Shown here: positions 28,661 through 37,600 of the stretch, one piece after another
How the letters are laid out: each line of letters starts with the position of its first letter
Numbering within the stretch: the stretch's first letter is position 1
Source: a virus
Virus record (IMG/VR): IMGVR_UViG_3300042332_000818
Coordinates: 1-64,000 of that record
Reading direction: 5' to 3' (one strand)
DNA: 64,000 bases
Translations under genes and position numbers: made by a program
The notes under the pieces: model-generated
The model's input: only the letters and a program-made list of their open reading frames with translations
Database searches by the model: none
What the model was told of the DNA's origin: nothing

Positions 28661-28709
28661 TAGAGTATAATACTCTGCTGGAGCCACTCATAACTTATTT
28701 TCTTGTCAA

Positions 28710-29933
28710 ATGATTCCAGTATCGTCAAATACAATTACCAACGGCTGTAATCCGATCTCTTCAAACTGTGTGGTTTGGCAAGGTCCGGATATTCCCTGCA
28801 TAAATATTTGCACTGGGGATACTGTATCCGATGTGGTAGCTAAACTTGCCACTGAACTATGCACAGTTCTTGATCAGACAAGTCTTACTAATCTTGATCT
28901 GTCTTGCTTGAATCTTAATTCTCAAGACGTTCCTGCTGATTTTTCTGAATTGCAGCAACTCATTATTGATGAGATCTGCTCTTTAGGTGGTAGGTGTACT
29001 GCTCTTGAGGGTGGTGGTGGATCTGGAGGATCTTCATCTACTGTTACAGCAACTCTTCCGGTTTGCTTACAGTACACCAACCAGCAGAATGATTTGGTTA
29101 CCGTACTTCCTATTGACGATTACGCTGAACTTGTAGCAGCTAGAGTTTGTACACTTCTATCAAACATTACTACTATCAACTCAACGTTGGTTAGTCATAA
29201 TACTAGAATTACTGCTCTTGAGAATGCTACTTCTACTGGATCTACAATCCCTCAAGTAACACCTAACTGTGTTCTTCCTTCTGTACTTACCGACATTGAT
29301 GATGTTGTAGAAGCTTTGGAAGAGCAGTTTTGTAACTTGAGAACAGTAACAGGAACCTCAACTCAGCTTCTTGCTTCTACTACTTACCAGTGTCCCGGTC
29401 TAAACGTAGACAACAGATTGTCTGGATCTGGTACAATGTCTACTCTTGAAGGTTGGAACTCTAACCCTACTACTCTTTCACAGTCACTTACAAACATGTG
29501 GTTGACTATTTGTGATATTAGAGCCGCCGTTAAGACAATTCAAACTACTTGCTGCAATACTACTTGTGACGATATTCTCTTCACCTTTGCAGGAACTCTT
29601 AGCGTAAGCACTCTTACTCTAAACTTTAATGGAAGCTCTGCTCCTGTTGGATTTGATGAGTGTAATGTTAATGGTGCACTTGTAACTATTACAGATGGTA
29701 TGGGTGGTACTTACAGCACAAGAGTTCAAGTTCTTGATGCTCTTGCTGGTACTGGTACTGCACAGATTAACCTTGCTTCTTCTGGCTTGAACATTTACGT
29801 GGACTACACTGTAACAGTTACTTTCTGTGTAACAGATGGTAACATCACTTGTGATAAGTCTAAAACTATTACTGTAGAAAATCCTGCTAGTGCATGTGCT
29901 CTACCAACAGGTGTAACTGCAACAATATCTTAA
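28710..29933 (+). CDS. Cys-rich fibre-like structural protein
   Basis: 407 aa with SSNCV.WQGPDIPCI..C.GD N-terminus, coiled-coil segments (RITALE) and many Cys. Confidence 0.65.
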   Translation: MIPVSSNTITNGCNPISSNCVVWQGPDIPCINICTGDTVSDVVAKLATELCTVLDQTSLTNLDLSCLNLNSQDVPADFSELQQLIIDEICSLGGRCTALEGGGGSGGSSSTVTATLPVCLQYTNQQNDLVTVLPIDDYAELVAARVCTLLSNITTINSTLVSHNTRITALENATSTGSTIPQVTPNCVLPSVLTDIDDVVEALEEQFCNLRTVTGTSTQLLASTTYQCPGLNVDNRLSGSGTMSTLEGWNSNPTTLSQSLTNMWLTICDIRAAVKTIQTTCCNTTCDDILFTFAGTLSVSTLTLNFNGSSAPVGFDECNVNGALVTITDGMGGTYSTRVQVLDALAGTGTAQINLASSGLNIYVDYTVTVTFCVTDGNITCDKSKTITVENPASACALPTGVTATIS

Positions 29934-29936
29934 GAT

Positions 29937-30605
29937 ATGGCAACACTAAGTATAGCCTTTAATACCTCGGTAAATGCTGTAAAGTATAGAGTTAAGTATC
30001 GTGTAACCGGAACAAGCGCTTACACTACTGTTTATACTACAACATCTCCGGTAAACCTTACTGTAAACTGCGGTACTGCTTATGAAGGTACTGTAGAAGC
30101 AATTTGTGTTGAGGGTATTCCTTGCAATGGTTACGAGATTAATAATACTGGAGATGAAATTGGTACTCTAGAATATACTGATTGTGCTACTGGAAATACT
30201 TCTCATGTAGATATTAGTGAATACTCTACATTCTTTGTTTGTTCTAGAACAGAACCTGTTCCAACAGGAAGTGCGGCACCTCAAACAGGTGTTACTCAAG
30301 TTGCTTTAGATGCATGTATCTCTCCTGTTCAAGAAGAAGGAAGCGGGTTGGCTTATTGGACTGCTCCGGCATCAGCATGTGCTTACTACTACACTGTTAG
30401 TGTTTGTCCATCTAGTCTTAATAGTACTCTTCCTCCGAACAATGAAGTTAAGTCTAACACTTCTATTCCTATTGGAACTGTAGTTCAGCTTACTGGTGTT
30501 CCTTATGTAGATGGTTGCTACACTATTACCGCTGTTTCAGTATTGCAAACATCAGCTGTTAACGTAGCTCAGACTTTCTCTAACTGTAATGCTTGTATAG
30601 CTTAA
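29937..30605 (+). CDS. Cys-rich FN3-like protein
   Basis: YRVKYRV.G...Y...YEGTVEAIC and C-terminal F.NC.AC. Confidence 0.65.
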   Translation: MATLSIAFNTSVNAVKYRVKYRVTGTSAYTTVYTTTSPVNLTVNCGTAYEGTVEAICVEGIPCNGYEINNTGDEIGTLEYTDCATGNTSHVDISEYSTFFVCSRTEPVPTGSAAPQTGVTQVALDACISPVQEEGSGLAYWTAPASACAYYYTVSVCPSSLNSTLPPNNEVKSNTSIPIGTVVQLTGVPYVDGCYTITAVSVLQTSAVNVAQTFSNCNACIA

Positions 30606-30619
30606 TAAATTAAAAACTC

Positions 30620-31141
30620 ATGGCTTGTAAAGGATGTAATGATTGTAATGACCCAGCACTGAATTTGCCGGGTGCTTACAATGACTGTATTGGAGGAGAA
30701 CCTTGTGATGAGGTTCTTTCTATGGATTGCTCTAAGTATAAAGGCTTAGAGATTGTAGATATTCCGGTTAAAGCAGGTGAGCGTCTTAGCACTATTGTTA
30801 GACGCATGCTTCTTAATGAGCTTTATCCTACATGTGTTCAACCGACAAACCCTGTAATGTCAGTTATTGATGTTGCGGTTTTGACTATAAAGGATACAGA
30901 GATTGAATTTGAGTGGGTTAATCCTGGTAATACAGGTAACAAGTATACTCCTCAAATTAAGGTTGCCTCATCACCAACATGGACTCAACCTAATGGTGTT
31001 GATCTTACTGTAGTTAAGACTAAGTTTATCAACTTAGTTCCAAATACTGCATATCATTTTAGAGTTCTTAATGAAGATGTTTCAGGTGCTACTACTTGTA
31101 ATTCCTTGATTTTCAAGGTTACAACTCCTGCAACAGTATAA
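30620..31141 (+). CDS. Cys-rich protein with C-terminal FN3 domain
   Basis: MAC.GC..C N-terminus and FEW.NP...NLVPNTAYHFRV. Confidence 0.7.
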   Translation: MACKGCNDCNDPALNLPGAYNDCIGGEPCDEVLSMDCSKYKGLEIVDIPVKAGERLSTIVRRMLLNELYPTCVQPTNPVMSVIDVAVLTIKDTEIEFEWVNPGNTGNKYTPQIKVASSPTWTQPNGVDLTVVKTKFINLVPNTAYHFRVLNEDVSGATTCNSLIFKVTTPATV

Positions 31142-31146
31142 TATAT

Positions 31147-31180
31147 TGTCGCGCGGTTTGTTGGTTTTACGTTGCTGACA
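31147..31180 (+). ncRNA. Hairpin with a U/G-rich loop directly upstream of a terminator (candidate sRNA seed)
   Basis: Bulged stem TGTCGCGCG / CGTTGCTGACA around the loop GTTTGTTGGTTTTA. Confidence 0.35.
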
Positions 31181-31185
31181 TGAAG

Positions 31186-31214
31186 GAGAACCCCGGGGAA
31201 ACCTGGGGTTTTCT
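31186..31214 (+). terminator. Intrinsic terminator
   Basis: AGAACCCCGGG-GAAA-CCTGGGGTTTT hairpin with GNRA loop and T tract. Confidence 0.85.
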
Positions 31215-31281
31215 GTTATAACCCGTTGACGTTCAAGTAATATGTTTTTGTTTATATTTACAAAACCCAAATTAACTACCT

Positions 31282-32481
31282 ATGAGTTCACTTATTGATC
31301 TAGTACGACAGTCCCTCAAGTGGAAACAAAGTGCAAAGAATTGTGCTGAGAGAATCGGAATAGATGTTGAAGACTATCTGGTATTAAAGAATCAACTTAT
31401 GGAAGGATATGCTGACCCGTTTGTGGAAGGTATTATTTCAGTAAGAGAGAATCTTGACGCCAACACAAAGCAGCTAGAAGCAATTGCTACTACTGAACCA
31501 AAAACTCCAGAGGAGATTATCGCTTTACTGAATATTGATACCACCAAGTGGAAGCTCTCTCAGTATTGGAACAAACAAAAGAAAGATCACTGGATTGTTT
31601 CTGCTCTTGTTACAGCAATAAAGCAAACAGAACAAGATGTTCTTGCAGAGGTTTTGAAGAGCTTCTCACCTAAAAAAGTAGAAGTTCACATTGCAGACTT
31701 TCCAAATAATCCGGTTGCTACAAGTAACTACTGTGGAGTATTTAATGTACAGGATATTCACTTTGGTAAAGAAGGAAATGAGCTAGTTGTTTTAGATTTT
31801 AAGAATGCAGTTATTGACGTGACTACTCGTGTTGGTAAGATGCATATGCTTGATAAACTGATCTACGTCATTGGTGGTGATTTGCTTAACGCTGATACGT
31901 TTTCTGGTACAACGACTAGTGGTACACCGGTAGATAATGGTATGACCCCTGTAAAGGCATATAGTGAAGCTTTTGAGGCATTGTTCTGGGCAATCTATCA
32001 GCTGTCAACGATTACTAGTGATCTTGAGGTTGTCTATGTTCCGGGTAATCACGATAGACTAAGTTCTTATCATCTGGCACATGCTCTTTCTAAAGCTATT
32101 GATTTGCCTACTGTTACCTTTAATGTTGAGTATTCTGAAAGAAAAGTAATCACTTGGGGTAACAACTTCTTTGCTTTTGAGCATGGAGATGTAAATACTA
32201 AGGATGCCCCTATGGTTTATGCGTTTGAGTTTCCACAAGACTGGGGAGCTACAAAGTATAGAACACTGTACACAGGTCACTATCACATGAAGAAGACAAC
32301 CTCGTTTGTTTCAGAGAATGAGATTCATGGATTTGCTGTAAAGATCATGCCGAGTCTTTCTAGAACTGACTACTGGCACTACCATAATAAGTTTGTTGGT
32401 AGTAAGAGATCAGCAATCATGGACATTCACGAAAAGTACGATGGTAAAGCTGGAGAAATCTGCCACATTAGTAAAGATTAA
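31282..32481 (+). CDS. Calcineurin-like metallophosphoesterase
   Basis: All five motifs present: DIH, GGDL, GNHD, EHGD, GHYH. Confidence 0.85.
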   Translation: MSSLIDLVRQSLKWKQSAKNCAERIGIDVEDYLVLKNQLMEGYADPFVEGIISVRENLDANTKQLEAIATTEPKTPEEIIALLNIDTTKWKLSQYWNKQKKDHWIVSALVTAIKQTEQDVLAEVLKSFSPKKVEVHIADFPNNPVATSNYCGVFNVQDIHFGKEGNELVVLDFKNAVIDVTTRVGKMHMLDKLIYVIGGDLLNADTFSGTTTSGTPVDNGMTPVKAYSEAFEALFWAIYQLSTITSDLEVVYVPGNHDRLSSYHLAHALSKAIDLPTVTFNVEYSERKVITWGNNFFAFEHGDVNTKDAPMVYAFEFPQDWGATKYRTLYTGHYHMKKTTSFVSENEIHGFAVKIMPSLSRTDYWHYHNKFVGSKRSAIMDIHEKYDGKAGEICHISKD

Positions 32482-32483
32482 TG

Positions 32484-32518
32484 GTTGGTTCTTCCAGCTT
32501 TTTTATGTAAATTATAGT
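32484..32518 (+). promoter_or_regulatory. Bacteroidetes-like promoter
   Basis: GTTG, 20-nt spacer, TAAATTA. Confidence 0.45.
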
Positions 32519-32526
32519 GTACCTAT

Positions 32527-33108
32527 ATGAGGAAGTATAGAAAACCGGATTTAAAAGCACCACGTTATAGAAAGACAACACATAATATTTTAAATGCCAG
32601 CTTCTTAGAAGACTTTAAAACAAAATACCCACGGTATTCTGAAATAGACAATAAGAAACTTAAGAATATTATTGAGACTTATAACGGTGTTCTTTGGCAG
32701 ATGGTTATTGATGAGAGGGAAGGTGTTGAACTTCCTGAAGGTTTAGGGTTTTTGTTCATTGGAACAGCCACTTCAAAAAGTGAAAACCCTGATCCGACCA
32801 AATCAGCAGAAATGGGAGTAGCAGTTACTCACATGAACTGGGCCACCAATAACAGAATCTGTAAGATCTTCTACACCAACTATCCTTCCAAGTATAGGTT
32901 TGCTAATAGAGAGGTATGGACTTTTGGTGCTGTAAGGCAATTTAAACGTTCAGTTTCTAAAGCATATGTGGATAACTGGGAAAGATATATCGTCATTGAT
33001 AATCTCCGCAAGATTTCACACTTGTATAGGAAAATGAACCATAAGTTTTATGACGAAAAGAAATTACCCGAACTATTAGAGATGTACGATGAGTTTCAGA
33101 TAGATTAA
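32527..33108 (+). CDS. IHF/HU-like protein of the crAss tail module
   Basis: Basic 193-aa protein with GVELP.GLG.L.I and F...R.FKR motifs; syntenic with ring and muzzle genes. Confidence 0.55.
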   Translation: MRKYRKPDLKAPRYRKTTHNILNASFLEDFKTKYPRYSEIDNKKLKNIIETYNGVLWQMVIDEREGVELPEGLGFLFIGTATSKSENPDPTKSAEMGVAVTHMNWATNNRICKIFYTNYPSKYRFANREVWTFGAVRQFKRSVSKAYVDNWERYIVIDNLRKISHLYRKMNHKFYDEKKLPELLEMYDEFQID

Positions 33109-33118
33109 ACCAAGTCTT

Positions 33119-33790
33119 ATGACTACAATTAAGGAAGTTGTTTCTAGAGTTAGAAACCTGATGAAGGGATCCAAACAGGATCCTTTTCTGACTGATAGAT
33201 ATATCTACAGTCTTATTTTGAAATACGCTGCTGTATACATGCGTCGTCAGGACTCTACAAACAAACTGATGAAATTCAACAGTGTGTTTCAGACTCTGCC
33301 ATTTGTAGAGCTAATTGAAGTAGATAAGGTAGAAGCTCACTGCTCTGGTGTAAAGAGTGGTATCACAATTAAACGTACTAAGGAGAGGCTTCCTAGTTTT
33401 ATGCAGGGTTACTGGGGTCCCATTATTAGAACCGTAAGTTCTATTGATGGCTCTATTGAATTGCAACCTACTATGCCGGGAACTTTTACGTCTATGACTA
33501 AAACAAGTTCTTTCAAGTACAATACAACTAAGTACTACTGGTTTCTTAATGGTTACCTGTACATGCCCAATATTGATTGGGATGCTATTTTGATTGAGGG
33601 TGTATTTGAAGGAGATATCACTAAGTGGAATTGTGACCCTAAAGATGATTGTGATCCAAGACATCATCAACCTCTTAATGTTCCGGATTTTCTGTTTGCT
33701 GAGATTGAAGCAATGGTGCTGAAGGATCTTGCAGCTCAAGCAAGTGTTCCTGCCGATATGAGTGATGACAAATTAAACGTTCTTAGATAA
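33119..33790 (+). CDS. Tail ring / tubular protein
   Basis: 223 aa with YYWFLNGYLY and EGVFE motifs; upstream of the muzzle gene. Confidence 0.6.
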   Translation: MTTIKEVVSRVRNLMKGSKQDPFLTDRYIYSLILKYAAVYMRRQDSTNKLMKFNSVFQTLPFVELIEVDKVEAHCSGVKSGITIKRTKERLPSFMQGYWGPIIRTVSSIDGSIELQPTMPGTFTSMTKTSSFKYNTTKYYWFLNGYLYMPNIDWDAILIEGVFEGDITKWNCDPKDDCDPRHHQPLNVPDFLFAEIEAMVLKDLAAQASVPADMSDDKLNVLR

Positions 33791-34659
33791 TGGCACAGTA
33801 CACAGTTAAATACCGTTCGTTTGATCAACTGCTTGAGGATGTGACAGTTGACTTTAGCTCATATGCTCTTGAGGGTATGATTGAGCCTCAGCAACTTATT
33901 AAGGTTGCTTTGAGAGTTAACTATGACCTTGGTCTCAGAATTCATCAGCAGAAAGAAGTTGTTATTGATGTTGAGCATGGTAAGGCAAAACTGCCATCAG
34001 ATTTCTACACTTTGAACTTTGCTTTGCTTGCTGGTAATATGACTTGGCAGGAGCCTGTTCTTTCTGGTACACACATTGAAGATGTTGTTCTTGACCGTGG
34101 ACTTGTAGAGCTTGATGCTAATGACTGTCCGGTTGATACATCTGTTTGCCAATCTGATTGTGGTAACTACTACCAGCTTATTCAGAAGTTTAAAACAAAG
34201 ACCGTTACCTATGAGTCTTTGCAGACTATTAGAATTAAACCTTCAAGTGCTGTAAGTGGTGATTGTCCTAATACACGTTGGAGTTCTTCATATCAAGCAG
34301 ACATCCGTGGAGGATTCATCTATACTAGTTTCCAAACCGGTAAGCTTTATGTAAACTACCAAGGAGCTCTTGAAGATGAGAATGGTGAGCTTCAGGTTAT
34401 GGATCACCCTATGATTAATGAATACTATGAATATGCAATTAAGCAGCGTATTCTTGAGAACATGTACATTAATGGTGAAGATGTAGTTCAGAAGCTTACG
34501 CTTGTAGAACAACGTCTTAGAGGTGCTAGAAACAACGCTTTGTCTATTGTTAATACTCCGGACTTTGCAGAGATGAAGAAGCTTTGGGAAGTTAACCGTA
34601 AAGCGCAATACCACAAGTATGTAGATATGTTTAAGTCTTACCCGACTGTACAGTACTAA
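33790..34659 (+). CDS. Tail ring / tubular protein
   Basis: 289 aa with A.LP.DF, I.TSF.TG...V.Y...DE.G...V.D motifs; directly before the muzzle gene. Confidence 0.65.
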   Translation: MAQYTVKYRSFDQLLEDVTVDFSSYALEGMIEPQQLIKVALRVNYDLGLRIHQQKEVVIDVEHGKAKLPSDFYTLNFALLAGNMTWQEPVLSGTHIEDVVLDRGLVELDANDCPVDTSVCQSDCGNYYQLIQKFKTKTVTYESLQTIRIKPSSAVSGDCPNTRWSSSYQADIRGGFIYTSFQTGKLYVNYQGALEDENGELQVMDHPMINEYYEYAIKQRILENMYINGEDVVQKLTLVEQRLRGARNNALSIVNTPDFAEMKKLWEVNRKAQYHKYVDMFKSYPTVQY

Positions 34660-34670
34660 AGAAATAAGAA

Positions 34671-37600
34671 ATGGCTAAACAGAATCAAGAAGGAACGTCA
34701 CCCATTGCCTTTAACAAGGGGATGGTAAAAGATAATGCTGATCTGTTTCACCCTGATGGTTCTTGGTCACATGCACGTAATGCTGTGAACTCTTCATTTC
34801 AGGGTGACGTAGGTGTATTATCTAATGAACCTTCTAACAAGTTCTGTGCACAAGCCCCATATACGGTTATCGGTACAATCCACATCACTGATGATGAGTG
34901 GGTAATATTTTCTACAGATAATAACAATAGTGAGATTGGCTACTTTAAAGAAGCCACTTGCACTTACACTAAAATTGTCAATGCCCCGTGCTTAGCATTT
35001 GATAAGAATCATCTTATTACAGGAGCCTCTAGAGAGAACTTTGACTGCAGTAGGCAGATCTATTGGGATGATGGAAAAAACCCATCACGTACACTAAATA
35101 TTAATAACCCTCCGTACATAACTACAAGAACTGTAGTTAATGACTGTGTGGTAAATACCCCAACAGATGAACTCAATTGTGAAGCCCTACGTTTGGCTCC
35201 TCTCTTTAAAGTACCATGTATTTCAATGGGAAGAGGAGACAATGCTGGCACTTTATATAATGGCTCATATCAAGCAGCAATCGCCTACTCAATCAACGGA
35301 CAACGAGTAACAGATTACATTGCTCTTTCTAATGTTGTATCATTGTTTGATCACGATAATGCAAATGGTTCTCTTGAAATTAAGATTACCGGTTTAGAGA
35401 CAGAAGCTTTTGAAGAGTATGAACTTGTAATTATTAGTAATACTAAGACCTTACAAGCTGATGCTAAGATTTTGGGTTACTACAGTACTAATCAGAATAT
35501 TATTAGTATTGACAATGTTGCAATCTCTCTTGTAACAGTTGAGCTATCTAGAATTCCTATTCTTAATTCTGTATATGAGAAGTCTGATGCAATGTTTCCA
35601 ACTGGAGACTACCTTATCAGAACAGGAGTATACGAGCGTTTTAATTTTAACTACCAGCCACAAGCAAACAAGATTAAGAGCAGATGGGTTGCTGTAGAGT
35701 ATCCAGCAGATTACTATCTAAATGGTAGTAATCGTGGTTACATGCGCGATGAGCAGTATGCTTTCTTTATTCGTTGGGTTTATAACACAGGTGAAAGATC
35801 ACTTGCATACCATATTCCTGGAAGAGCGGCATTATCCTCTGATTTAGAGAATGTTGTTGGTAATGACGTAATTTATTCTAATAAGAGTAAGCGTTGGCAG
35901 AACTACAATACTGCTACAATTACTTCTGCACAGACAGAATTACTTTCTGATGGAGGTAAGATTATTGGAAGAGGTGAAATGGGTTACTGGGAATCTACAG
36001 AAAGATATCCTGATAACAAGCCGGAACGTTGGGCTGAATTGTGTGGTAAACCTATTAGACACCACAAGTTTCCGGATGATGGATTGATTCCTAGACATAA
36101 TGTTGATGGAACTAAGATTGTAGTTCTTGGCGTTGACTTTACCAATATTACCGTTCCTGTAGATAATGACGGTAACCGAATTGATTCTATTGTAGGTTAT
36201 GAGATTCTTAGAGGATCAAGACTTGGTAATAAAACTATTCTTGCTAAGGGTCTTATTAACAACATGGGTACTTACCAGTTGCCTGGTGAGAGAGAAGCAG
36301 ATGATCAAACTATCCTCTTTACAAACTATCCGTTTAATGACCTAAGAAAGGATCCCTTTCTTTCTACCAACTTTGTAAAGGGTGGAACTGCACTTAATAA
36401 TCTACAGGTTGCAGAGCTAGATACCTATAAGGATAATAAAAGATACTTTTCTTTTCACTCACCTGAGTTTGGTTTTAACAAGACTTTTTTATCTGCTACC
36501 GAGCTTAAGGTTTATGGTGAAGCATACGGTAAAACAAAAGGTAAGTTTATTGAACCCAGTGAACATCCCAAGCATGTAATTATTAGAAACCTTACAGCTT
36601 TGGTTTCTTTGCTTTTGGGTCTTGGTAAGTTGGATAAACACTTAAGAGGTCAAAGAACATTTACATTACCAAATGTTCCAAGTATAATAAGAGGTGGACT
36701 TCTTCCTCCCTCTGCAGGAACTCTTGATAGATGGGCTACCACACTTGGCACTTTGCTTGATCCTTCAGGTGCTGCTCAATGGGCATCACTTGGTTTTTTA
36801 ACACAAGATATTGAAAGTTCTGATCTTAATGATTTACCCCAACCTTTAAGAGCTGCGGCAGCTATTCCTGCCATTATTAGGGGACTGACCGAGGGTACAA
36901 ATGACTACCTTGATAAGTTTTATGATTTTCTTCAGTACAGACAGCATGCCTTACAACATGTTGCTTATGGATTTTATAATCAGTTTAAGAAAGCACCGGT
37001 AGGTAATACTCGTAGATTGATTTCAGAATCTGCTTATGTGTATCCTCAACTTCAACAGTTTGAAAACAGAATCTCTGTAAATAATCTTTATAGAAGTAGA
37101 ACTGTAGTATTTAAAACTGGTAGTGATCTACAGCATCCTACTATTGTAGATGATTCTCGTTATACTGTAGGTCAGTCTCGTTCTTGGAAGAATCCGTTTG
37201 ATGAAAAGGTTCGTAATATTTCTTCGCACTATGGTGCAATGAAGATTGATTACGAGAATCAATATGGTCAGATTGATAGTACTATTATTCTTCCAACTGG
37301 TTGCAGATTTGTAATTCCTGGATTTGTACAAAATGGACAGAAGTTTACTTCTCCATTAGTATTTGGTGGTGATATCTACATCAATCGTTATACAGAGAAG
37401 AATACAATGTTCTTCTTTAATAACTGGATGACAGATCAGCCAGATGGAACTGTATTTGACTATACAAAATACATTAACGTTCCGTTCCCAACATATTGGA
37501 TGAATACAGAAAGATGGGAGCTTGAAGAGTTCTTCACTGGAATTGGTGACAATATATCTAACTGGGTTTCAGGATTGTTTAGCAGTAGCATTGCACAACA

